Shown in pieces: positions 56,473 to 64,000 of a stretch of 64,000 nucleotides of DNA. Numbering within the stretch: the stretch's first letter is position 1; each line of letters starts with the position of its first letter. Under the pieces are notes generated by a model. The model had not been told where the DNA came from. It was given only the letters and a program-made list of their open reading frames with translations, and made no database searches. This stretch comes from Rhodocyclaceae bacterium (lineage in GTDB: Bacteria > Pseudomonadota > Gammaproteobacteria > Burkholderiales > Rhodocyclaceae), in the NCBI GenBank assembly GCA_030824275.1, contig JAVBXY010000016.1, positions 115,807-179,806 of the forward strand. Direction: 5' to 3'. The position numbers and the translations under genes are program-made.

Positions 56473-57140
56473 GACACGCCCACGGCCTCGCAGAGGAATG
56501 CAGTGAAGTCCGACGCCGTAGCGAACGTGGTCGCCGCACGCTTCACCAGACCGTCGCCCATCACCTCGTCGGCCGACAGGGACGCCAGGCCGATGAAGTC
56601 CTTGCGCTTGAGATCGTCCATGGCGACATGATCTGCCGCATAGCCGCGCGGCGGTCGGGACAGGGCGTCGCCGGCCAGCGACCAGGTGGACTTGAATTTC
56701 TTCCCGTCCCGTAGCGCGAACCAGCGTTCCGGCTTGGCGGCGATCAGGTCGCGGATCTTTCCCAGTGCATCCGGGTCCGGATGCCAACAACCCGCACCGA
56801 GGAAACATTCGTCATTGGCAATGTGCAGATAGAAGCCGGGAGCATGGACGTCCTTGCCGAGCGAGTGACGAAACTGGATGCCGATATTGGTCTTGTAGGG
56901 TGTCTTGTCGCGGGCGAAACGGGTATCCCGATAGACCCGCATCAGGGAACCACCCATCTTGCGCGGATCGGCCCTGAAATTCGGCGCGAACTTTGCCAGT
57001 TGCGGCGCCATCGCCGAGATGAATTCCAGCGCCGGTTCCCGCACGGCCGATTCGTAGCGCCCCTTGTTGGCCTCGAACCATTCACGGTTATTGTTCGCTG
57101 AAAGCTCGGACAGGAATTTGAACGTAGCCTTGGAAAACAT
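56466..57140 (-). CDS. DUF2461 (TIGR02453) family protein
   Basis: The ATG at 57140 gives MFSKATFKFLSELSANNNREWFEANKGRYE..RVYRDTRFARDKTPYKT, the family signature as I recall it. Confidence 0.8.
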   Translation of the reverse strand: MFSKATFKFLSELSANNNREWFEANKGRYESAVREPALEFISAMAPQLAKFAPNFRADPRKMGGSLMRVYRDTRFARDKTPYKTNIGIQFRHSLGKDVHAPGFYLHIANDECFLGAGCWHPDPDALGKIRDLIAAKPERWFALRDGKKFKSTWSLAGDALSRPPRGYAADHVAMDDLKRKDFIGLASLSADEVMGDGLVKRAATTFATASDFTAFLCEAVGVSY

Positions 57141-57221
57141 CACGCGCTCCCAGTAGATAAATGTCATCGTGAAGTCTAGCGCGTTACAGTAAGGCCTTCC
57201 AACCCGAGAGGAGCCCTTGCC

Positions 57222-57521
57222 ATGAACCGGATTGCGATAACCGTTCTCCTGATGCACCTCGCCCTGCCCGCCCTCGCCCGCGACCCCTGCATCGAAAGCC
57301 GGGCACCGGAATGCAAGCCGGTGCAGGAGGCCCGCTGCACCCAGGCCATCAACGAAATGCTGAAGACCATGCGCGCCACGCCGCTGCAAACGCAACGGGA
57401 CCGGGACGATGTCGGTGCGCTGATCGCCAAGGTGGAAAAGATGCTCGCCGACAACCGCCGTCAGGGCGTGGAGGAATGTCGCTCCTGGGGTGAATTCGGC
57501 GGGATCTTGGCGAAACAGTAA
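57222..57521 (+). CDS. small secreted Cys-containing protein, unknown function
   Basis: Signal peptide MNRIAITVLLMHLALPALA and four Cys in the mature part. Confidence 0.5.
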   Translation: MNRIAITVLLMHLALPALARDPCIESRAPECKPVQEARCTQAINEMLKTMRATPLQTQRDRDDVGALIAKVEKMLADNRRQGVEECRSWGEFGGILAKQ

Positions 57522-57525
57522 TGCC

Positions 57526-58542
57526 CTAGCTGGCGATGGCGCTTGCATCGCGGGACAGATCCGCGATGGTCGCATCGTCCAGCGTCGCCAGTTGGCAGGC
57601 GATCTTCAACCAGTGATCGCGTCCGCGCTCGGCCACAGCTTGCAATCTCGCCGTGTCGCCAGCGCCGACTTTTGCAAGGGCCGGAAACAACTCACGGCGC
57701 ATGCCATCGAAGCTGGCGAACCAGAAATGCAAGGAGGCAGCGGCGTCGCGCTCGATCAGGCGCGGCAGGGTGACCAGGCAATCGGCCAGGTTGTCGCGCA
57801 CAGCGCGGACAAGAATTTCGGCGCGCTTGTCGGTCAGTCGCGCCATCATCGCCGGCCAGGCCGGCCCGAGCAGGCGTCCAGCGGCGATCTCGCCTTCCTC
57901 GTGCAGCACCAGGGTTTCGATTTCGCTGTCGGTCATGCGCTCGACGGCGGCGGCCGGATCCTCGGCAAAGCCCCAGGCGTCGAGGGCCGACTTGAGGGCG
58001 CCATCCTGCTTCTTCACCGCCCAGCCCTCGGCCTTTTCCCACAGCCATTGCCGCAAGGCCTCACGGCGAACGACGATGGTGTCGTCGCGAGAGGCAGCGG
58101 GAATGGCCGAGACATCGCGGGCGTATTCGCAGCCGGAAACCAGCAGGCGCACGCCATCCCGCCGCTCGTCGCGGGCCAGGCGGCCGAGAAAGAAATGCGG
58201 CTTGCCGAAGCGGCCGATCCCGGCGCCATAGACGAGGCCACTGCCAGCGAGCCGCTCGTTGATCGCGGCGGCGGCGAAGGGATCGTGTTCGTCGCCCCCC
58301 ACGCTCACGGCGGCATAGTCTTCCGTGGCGATGCCTTCCCAGCGCGATTCGCGCTCGGCAATCCAGCGGCCGACGTCGGCGCGGGGCGGTTGCACGCCAT
58401 AGGGCAGTTCGTGCTCCCAACGATAGAACTCGCGCATGCCGAGCAGGTAGGTGCACAGCGTGACGTCACGGGCGTGGCGCGCGTCGGCGATGTCGCAGTT
58501 GTGCTGCACGTTCGCCACCAGCGCGGCCATACCGGGAATCAC
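57526..58542 (-). CDS. hypothetical protein (338 aa), last gene of a five-gene operon
   Basis: Good coding frame with a 4-nt start/stop overlap with the upstream gene. No domain recognised. Contains one intragenic dispersed-motif copy (57648-57673). Confidence 0.6.
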   Translation of the reverse strand: MIPGMAALVANVQHNCDIADARHARDVTLCTYLLGMREFYRWEHELPYGVQPPRADVGRWIAERESRWEGIATEDYAAVSVGGDEHDPFAAAAINERLAGSGLVYGAGIGRFGKPHFFLGRLARDERRDGVRLLVSGCEYARDVSAIPAASRDDTIVVRREALRQWLWEKAEGWAVKKQDGALKSALDAWGFAEDPAAAVERMTDSEIETLVLHEEGEIAAGRLLGPAWPAMMARLTDKRAEILVRAVRDNLADCLVTLPRLIERDAAASLHFWFASFDGMRRELFPALAKVGAGDTARLQAVAERGRDHWLKIACQLATLDDATIADLSRDASAIAS

Positions 58543-59003
58543 CGGGCACCTCCGTCAGGATTTCCTTCATGGCGTCGCCGCGCCTTCCAGGCCGAGACGC
58601 CCTTGACGATCTCGGAGAAGGGCAGCGCCGCCAGATCGCCATAGCGGTCCTGCGCCTGGCGCAGCAGGGCATGGACATTCGGCGCCGGCGCTTCCGGATC
58701 GAGCACGGCCTTGAGGCCATCGAGTCCGCCGCACTGGATTTTCATCACCATCGCATGCGGCAGGATGCGGGTGGCTTCGGTGAGCTTGAGGGCAAAGGCG
58801 GATTTCTCGCGCAGCAGGGCTGACATCCGGGCACAGCCGGCACGGGCCACAGGCTGGGCACAGGCGACGGTTTCGCGTTCGGCGATCTGGTGCCGCACCG
58901 CCAGTTCGCAGACGGCATGGCGCGCCAGCAGGGCACGCTCGAAGACACAGGGCAGGCGGTTTATCTCGCCCTTGGCGTGGCGGTAGGCAGATTCATCGAC
59001 CAC
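58539..59003 (-). CDS. hypothetical Cys-containing protein (154 aa)
   Basis: GTG start at 59003 and five Cys. Translationally coupled to the downstream gene. Confidence 0.55.
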   Translation of the reverse strand: MVDESAYRHAKGEINRLPCVFERALLARHAVCELAVRHQIAERETVACAQPVARAGCARMSALLREKSAFALKLTEATRILPHAMVMKIQCGGLDGLKAVLDPEAPAPNVHALLRQAQDRYGDLAALPFSEIVKGVSAWKARRRHEGNPDGGAR

Positions 59004-59025
59004 AGACCCTGTCCTTTCCTGAGCA

Positions 59026-59059
59026 TTGCTACCAGCGAGTTGCTACCAGCGGGCTACCA
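59026..59059. repeat. 14-nt tandem repeat TTGCTACCAGCGNG, about 2.5 units
   Basis: TTGCTACCAGCG at 59026 and 59040, and a partial GCTACCA at 59053 that overlaps the stop codon of the 80-aa gene. Confidence 0.85.
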
Positions 59060-59296
59060 ATCATCTCCCGTCAGCGGCTCACCTTCACGGACCTGATTGA
59101 GCAGGTCTTCGGCCTGCAATTCGTTGTCAGCGAAGATGGTCTTGACGGTCTCGCCCGTCGTCAGGTCGATCTCGCGGCGCAGACGCTTGGCCTCGACGGA
59201 GGCTTCCTTGAAGCTGTCGAACTGGGTGATCTTCGACAACTGGCGCATTGGTCCGATGGGTCCGACGGGGGTGATGCGATAGATGTAATAAGGCAT
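59054..59296 (-). CDS. hypothetical small protein (80 aa)
   Basis: The ATG at 59296 gives MPYYIYRITPVGP, 8 nt after the S24 peptidase stop. Confidence 0.55.
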   Translation of the reverse strand: MPYYIYRITPVGPIGPMRQLSKITQFDSFKEASVEAKRLRREIDLTTGETVKTIFADNELQAEDLLNQVREGEPLTGDDW

Positions 59297-59304
59297 GGCC
59301 AACT

Positions 59305-59685
59305 CTACTCCACATAACGTTTGGTCGCGCGGCGGCGACCGGGTTTCGACTTCTGGATGATGACGCCCTTGACCGCATCGAGGTCGGGGATATTCGTCGC
59401 GGGATAAGCCGGATTCAGCGCCTGCAAGCGCCAACCACCATCGCGCTTCGCCAACTGGCGGAAGATCCATTCGCCATCCAGTTGGGCGAGGACGAAGGAA
59501 CCATCGGTGGCGAGGCCCTCGGGTTCGATGAGGATCACCTCACCGTCGAGGAATTCCGGTTCCATGCTGTCACCAAGCACCATCAGGGCAAAGGGCTCGG
59601 CCGAGCTGCATGCATCGAGGGCGGGGTCTTCCGCCGGGGCTTGCGGGTGGATGGGAATGATCTTGCGCGGCGTCATAGGCGTCAT
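59305..59685 (-). CDS. stand-alone S24 (LexA/UmuD-like) peptidase domain protein
   Basis: GDSMEPEF Ser motif and a downstream Lys (VIIQKSK). No HTH domain. The ATG at 59685 lies 1 nt after the upstream stop. Confidence 0.8.
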   Translation of the reverse strand: MTPMTPRKIIPIHPQAPAEDPALDACSSAEPFALMVLGDSMEPEFLDGEVILIEPEGLATDGSFVLAQLDGEWIFRQLAKRDGGWRLQALNPAYPATNIPDLDAVKGVIIQKSKPGRRRATKRYVE

Positions 59686-59686
59686 G

Positions 59687-61132
59687 TCACAGGGCTTCCG
59701 TATGCAGTTGGGCCGTCGGCAGACCGGCGGCGACGAGGGTGGCGGCAAGGGCGGCGAGCGCGTCCGCCGGCCCGGCGAGATAGACCTCGCTGGCGGCCAG
59801 CAGCGGCTCGGCGACGAGGGTGTCGGCAAGCTGATCCGGCGCCAGCGGGATGTAGCGGAAATCGTCCAGCGCATCGGCCCAGGCCCGGCACTGGTTGGCG
59901 AGGTAGATATCGCCAGCACGATAGAGCCGGATGGCGGGGGCGGCGTCGACGGCGATGGCATGTTCGATCAGACTGCTGACCGGGGCGAAGCCGGTGTCGA
60001 TAGCAACGAAAATCAGCGGCCGCTGCGATGCGTTGTCGAGAACGAAATTTCCCCATGGCCCCCAGACCGAGATGTCGTCTCCGGCCTTGATGTCGCCGGC
60101 GAAAAGGTGCGTGGAAAAGTCGGCGCTGGTGGCACGGCGACCATCGCGGTGAATATGGAAAATCAGGTTGCGATCATCGCAGGGACAACTGGCAATCGGG
60201 TATTCGCCATGCGTGCCGGCGGCGCTGCCCGCAGTGCTCCCCAAGGTGACCCGCTGACCGGCGAGGAAGCGCAGCCGATTGCTGCGCGGCGTTTGCAGAT
60301 GCAGGCGCAGAACGTTCTCGCCGACCGCCTCGACGCTGCGCACGCGGGCGACGATGCGCTGTTCTGGTATTTCCTCCGGCGCACCGGCTTCGAGCACTTC
60401 CAGCACGAGGTCGGAACTGACGGCGGTGCAGGCACACATCAGCACATGGCCCTGGGCTTTCTCGGCCTCGGTGAAACGGTAGTCGGATGCCGCCACCTGC
60501 TGGGTGGTACCGGAAATCACGCGCGCCTTGCACAGGCCGCAGTTGCCATTGCCGCAACCGTAATTCGGCGCGAGGCCGGCACGCAGGGCAGCCTTGAGCA
60601 GGGTCTCGGCGCCATCGACGTAATAGTCGCGACCGGACGGGCGCACGCTGACATGCGCCGACATCACGCGCAGCGTGGCATCGACGGCATCCATGTCGCC
60701 CAGTGGCGCCGGCGCCGCGAAGGCGGCGGCCATGCCTTCATCGAGCAGGGCGGCCATTTCAGCGGTGGATGGCGGTGCATCGCCATCGAGCCGGGCTCGC
60801 AGACCTTCCATGACAGCGTGGTAGCGGGTCAGCACGCGGCGCAGTTCGGCGAGTTCCTGGCCCTGGGCGAAGAGCCGCTGGGCCAGCACCTCCTGGGTCG
60901 GCAGCACGCGCTCGCGCAGGCGCTTGGCGAAGGCATCATCGCGGATCGCCACCACCTTCTCGAAGGCGCCGGAAGTCACTGTTTCCGCACCCGGCCAGAC
61001 GCGCAGCAACTCCGCCTCGGCGATCATGCCGTCATGGGAAGCGAGATCGCCGTTGCGGATGCGATCCTGCAAGTCGGTGCGCGGAATGCCGAGCAGATGC
61101 GCGGCGCGGGAGAGGGTCAGCCAGTGCGACAT
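59687..61132 (-). CDS. HTH / plant-type [2Fe-2S] ferredoxin / FNR-like FAD-NAD(P) reductase fusion
   Basis: N-terminus LTLSRAAHLLGIPRTDLQDRIRNGDL. Cluster CGNGNCGLC..C. FAD motif RLRFLAGQRVTL..GEYPIAS. NAD motif LIFVAIDTGFAP. The start may be 61144 or the GTG at 61153. Confidence 0.8.
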   Translation of the reverse strand: MSHWLTLSRAAHLLGIPRTDLQDRIRNGDLASHDGMIAEAELLRVWPGAETVTSGAFEKVVAIRDDAFAKRLRERVLPTQEVLAQRLFAQGQELAELRRVLTRYHAVMEGLRARLDGDAPPSTAEMAALLDEGMAAAFAAPAPLGDMDAVDATLRVMSAHVSVRPSGRDYYVDGAETLLKAALRAGLAPNYGCGNGNCGLCKARVISGTTQQVAASDYRFTEAEKAQGHVLMCACTAVSSDLVLEVLEAGAPEEIPEQRIVARVRSVEAVGENVLRLHLQTPRSNRLRFLAGQRVTLGSTAGSAAGTHGEYPIASCPCDDRNLIFHIHRDGRRATSADFSTHLFAGDIKAGDDISVWGPWGNFVLDNASQRPLIFVAIDTGFAPVSSLIEHAIAVDAAPAIRLYRAGDIYLANQCRAWADALDDFRYIPLAPDQLADTLVAEPLLAASEVYLAGPADALAALAATLVAAGLPTAQLHTEAL

Positions 61133-61240
61133 GCGGGCAAGCATAACCAGCACGGAGAATCCCGCGATATCAATTTTTTATGGCCGATTAATCACGGCTT
61201 GCTAATATTCCATGCTTCCGCCACGCCTATTCCCGCTCCC

Positions 61241-63019
61241 ATGAAGCCCGCCGAGTCCGCCCTGCTGCCGCGCCTGTTCCCCTTCCTGCGCTGGTGGCCC
61301 CAGGTGAATCGGACAAGCATGCGGGCCGACCTGATCGCCGGCCTGATCGGCGCCATCATCGTCCTGCCGCAGGGCGTCGCCTTCGCCACCCTGGCCGGCA
61401 TGCCGCCCGAGTACGGCCTCTACGCCGCGATGATCCCGGCGGTGATCGGCGCCCTCTGGGGATCGAGCTTCCATCTGGTCTCCGGCCCCACCAACGCCAT
61501 CTCCCTGGTGGTCTTTGCCACCATGAGCCACCTCGCTGATCCGGGCTCGGCGCAGTACGTCTCACTGGTGCTGACCGTCACCTTCATGGTCGGCGTAATG
61601 CAACTGGTGATGGGCTTCGCCCGGATGGGCACGCTGGTTAACTTCATCTCCCACACGGTGGTGATCGGCTTCACCGCTGGCGCCGCGATGCTGATCATCG
61701 GCAGCCAGATGAAGAATTTCTTTGGCCTCGACATCCCGCGCGGCACGGTGTTCTTCCGCGTCTTCGAGTTCTTCTTCACGCATCTGACCGAGATCAAGCC
61801 CTGGGTGTTCACCGTCGGCATGGCCACCCTGCTCTCCGGCATCATCGTGCGCAAGCTCGCGCCCAAGATTCCCTACATGATCGTCGCCATGCTAGTCGGC
61901 AGCTTCACGGCGCTGGGCCTCAATGCCTGGCTGGGCCAGGACGTCACCGGCATCCGCACCCTCGGCGCCCTGCCCGGCGCCCTGCCGCCGCTCTCGGCAC
62001 CGCATTTCCACTTCGACACCATGCGCGACCTGCTTTCCATCGCCATTGCCATCACCGCCCTGGCGCTGACCGAAGCCGTCTCCATCGCCCGTTCCATCGG
62101 CGTCAAATCGAACCAGCGCATCGATGGCAACCAGGAGTTCATCGGCCAGGGCCTGTCCAACATCGTCGGTTCCTTCTTCTCCGGCTACCCGTCCTCCGGC
62201 TCTTTCAACCGCTCCGGTCTCAACTACGAGGCCGGCGCGAAAACGCCGCTGGCCGCTGCCTTCTCCGCCGGCTTCCTGATGATCGTGCTGGTCGGCGTCG
62301 CGCCGCTCGCCGCCTACCTGCCCATCGCATCGATGGCCGCCATTCTCTTCCTGGTCGCCTGGGGCCTGTTCGACTTCCACCACATCGGCGTCATCATCCG
62401 CAGCAGCAAGGCTGAGCTGGCGGTACTCATCGTCACCTTCATCGCGACGCTGGTGATCCACCTGGAAGTCGCGATCCTGCTCGGCATCGTGCTGTCGATG
62501 GTGTTCTACCTCAATCGCACCTCGCAACCGGCAATCCGTACCGTCGGCCCCAATCCAAAAGACCCGGCACGCAAATTCCTCGCCGTGGCGCCAGGGGAGC
62601 CCGAATGTCCGCAACTCAAGATTTTGCGCATCGAAGGCTCGCTGTATTTCGGTGCCGTCAATCACGTCGCCGAAACCCTGCAAATCAATGCCGAGCAACA
62701 CCCCGAACAGAAGCACCTGTTGCTGATGGCCAAGAGCATCAACTTCGTGGACATTGCCGGCGCCGAACTGCTGGCGCAGGAAGCGCGCTCACGCAAGAAA
62801 CGCGGCGGCAGCCTCAGTTTCTACAGCCTGCGCGCAGGCGCTGAAGCCATGCTGATGAAGCCGGACTACGTCGCCGACATCGGTCGCGATGCAGTACACG
62901 CCAGCAAGCACGGCGCCATCGCCGCCTGCGTGGCCAAGCTCGACCACGAAATCTGCCGCCGCTGCACCGCCCGAGTTTTCAACGAATGCGCTAACCTGCC
63001 AGCTCCCAAATCCGCCTGA
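61241..63019 (+). CDS. SulP-family anion permease with C-terminal STAS domain
   Basis: The ATG at 61241 lies inside a long shadow ORF. AGLIGAIIVLPQGVAFATLAGMPPEYGLY, a multi-TM core and a STAS-like tail. Confidence 0.93.
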   Translation: MKPAESALLPRLFPFLRWWPQVNRTSMRADLIAGLIGAIIVLPQGVAFATLAGMPPEYGLYAAMIPAVIGALWGSSFHLVSGPTNAISLVVFATMSHLADPGSAQYVSLVLTVTFMVGVMQLVMGFARMGTLVNFISHTVVIGFTAGAAMLIIGSQMKNFFGLDIPRGTVFFRVFEFFFTHLTEIKPWVFTVGMATLLSGIIVRKLAPKIPYMIVAMLVGSFTALGLNAWLGQDVTGIRTLGALPGALPPLSAPHFHFDTMRDLLSIAIAITALALTEAVSIARSIGVKSNQRIDGNQEFIGQGLSNIVGSFFSGYPSSGSFNRSGLNYEAGAKTPLAAAFSAGFLMIVLVGVAPLAAYLPIASMAAILFLVAWGLFDFHHIGVIIRSSKAELAVLIVTFIATLVIHLEVAILLGIVLSMVFYLNRTSQPAIRTVGPNPKDPARKFLAVAPGEPECPQLKILRIEGSLYFGAVNHVAETLQINAEQHPEQKHLLLMAKSINFVDIAGAELLAQEARSRKKRGGSLSFYSLRAGAEAMLMKPDYVADIGRDAVHASKHGAIAACVAKLDHEICRRCTARVFNECANLPAPKSA

Positions 63020-63693
63020 TGAGGGCCATGGACGCCTATTTCAACGACCTGGTCGCGCTGCTGCTGAGCGTCGTCGTCTTCTTCGCCTATCAGTGGCATG
63101 TCAATCGGCGCAGCCGCATCGACCCGCACTACAGCATCCAGCAGGTGATCAACGCGGCACGGGTGGCCTGGGTGGAAACCGTGATGAAGGAACGGCGCGA
63201 CATCCTCGCCGTGCAGACATTGCGCAACTCGATCATGGCAGCCAGCTTCCTGGCCTCGACCGCGATCCTGCTGATCATCGGCGTGCTGACACTCTCCGAG
63301 CAGGGCGACAAGCTGTCCAGCGCCTGGCACGCACTCAACTTCATCGGCCACGTGGCGCCGCAGATATGGTTGGTCAAGCTGCTGGCGATGCTGCTCGACC
63401 TGCTGGTGGGCTTCTTCAGCTTCGCCATGGCGATCCGCCTGTTCCACCACGTCGGCTACCTGCTCAATGTCCCCATCGGCAGCCACGACTTCGCCCAACC
63501 GGTCCACGTCGCCGCGCAACTCAATCGCGCCGGCCGCTTCTACAGCATCGGTACCCGCGCCTACTACCTGCTGGTGCCCTTGCTGTTCTGGCTGTTCGGC
63601 CCGCACTTCCTGATCATCGCCACGCTGCTGCTGGTCTGGGTGCTGTTCCACCTGGACCGCAGCCCGCGTCGCGATGAGGATTTGATCGGCTGA
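63019..63693 (+). CDS. DUF599-family membrane protein
   Basis: 1-nt overlap with the SulP stop. Three to four TM helices with ..VAWVETVMKERRDILAVQTLRNS.. Family assignment is from memory. Confidence 0.7.
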   Translation: MRAMDAYFNDLVALLLSVVVFFAYQWHVNRRSRIDPHYSIQQVINAARVAWVETVMKERRDILAVQTLRNSIMAASFLASTAILLIIGVLTLSEQGDKLSSAWHALNFIGHVAPQIWLVKLLAMLLDLLVGFFSFAMAIRLFHHVGYLLNVPIGSHDFAQPVHVAAQLNRAGRFYSIGTRAYYLLVPLLFWLFGPHFLIIATLLLVWVLFHLDRSPRRDEDLIG

Positions 63694-63719
63694 TCGCCGT
63701 CCCCTCAGCGCCGACTTTT
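63694..63719 (-). repeat. copy of dispersed motif
   Basis: Reverse complement is AAAAGTCGGCGCTGAGGGGACGGCGA. 20 nt after the stop of the partial minus-strand gene. Confidence 0.85.
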
Positions 63720-63739
63720 CGGCGACTACCCAGAACCGT

Positions 63740-64000
63740 TTAGTCCGCGCCGTATGACCAGAACAGGCGGGTGCGCGTTCCGGTCAGGTTGAGCACGCTG
63801 CGGGCACCGGCAATCGACGAGGCGGAAGTCATGGTTTCGCCACCGCTGCCGATAACAAAGCGGTAGGGCGTGCCACCGATCGACACCACGCCGGCCGTCA
63901 CTGTCGGCGGCAAACCGCCACCGGAGAACTTGGTCGCGTAGTCGGCACTGCTATAGGTATCGGTGCCACCGCTGGTCGAACCATCGCGATTGACGGCTGG
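63740..64000 (-). CDS. 3' end of an unidentified gene (partial, continues beyond the window)
   Basis: My hand translation of the minus strand is open from 64000 to the TAA at 63740-63742 (..GGTPYRFVIGSGGETMTSASSIAGARSVLNLTGTRTRLFWSYGAD*). This ORF is not in the ORF track. Confidence 0.4.
   Translation of the reverse strand, partial: PAVNRDGSTSGGTDTYSSADYATKFSGGGLPPTVTAGVVSIGGTPYRFVIGSGGETMTSASSIAGARSVLNLTGTRTRLFWSYGAD

Overview
GC-rich proteobacterial chromosomal window. The gene content and the ssb / MFS / uvrA neighbourhood look betaproteobacterial, but the taxon is inference. All calls come from reading the ORF track and the DNA by eye and recognising motifs from memory; no searches were run and most start codons are my choice. 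I support about 65 protein genes. I found no rRNA, tRNA, CRISPR, integrase or transposase.

Core functions: a beta-oxidation pair, arginase, ssb, uvrA, pepN, pntAB, corA, a long minus-strand operon (hyi, MCP-PilZ, glycerate kinase, glcDEF, HDOD, acyl-CoA synthetase), and a SulP permease.

Signalling load is heavy: two MCPs (one fused to PilZ), a GGDEF protein, a tandem-HD HD-GYP protein, an HDOD protein, a 7TMR-DISM kinase with a NarL-type regulator, and an orphan receiver protein.

Accessory patches:
(i) 7.5-9.1 kb, visibly lower GC. Two integron-type cassettes whose boundaries obey the attC core-site complementarity rule, with no intI. One cassette gene is a serine protease broken by one in-frame TAG.
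(ii) 13.8-21.9 kb. A sensory block plus a secreted tandem bulb-lectin protein with extra repeat modules, sitting between MFS-ssb and uvrA.
(iii) 31.2-33.9 kb. A segment bracketed by 43-nt inverted repeats. It carries a nucleoside-2-deoxyribosyltransferase-like/wHTH gene, a 4-TM gene, a C11 tract and higBA.

The most unusual signal at window scale is a ~25-nt bipartite motif, AAAGTCGGCGCTGG-N4-5-ACGGCGA. It is present about 14 times. All ten intergenic copies lie within ~80 nt downstream of a stop codon, and four complete copies lie inside coding sequence. Orientation follows the local transcription direction in 12 of 14 copies.

A five-gene operon (HTH-[2Fe-2S]-reductase, stand-alone S24 peptidase, three unknown proteins) is also uncharacterised.
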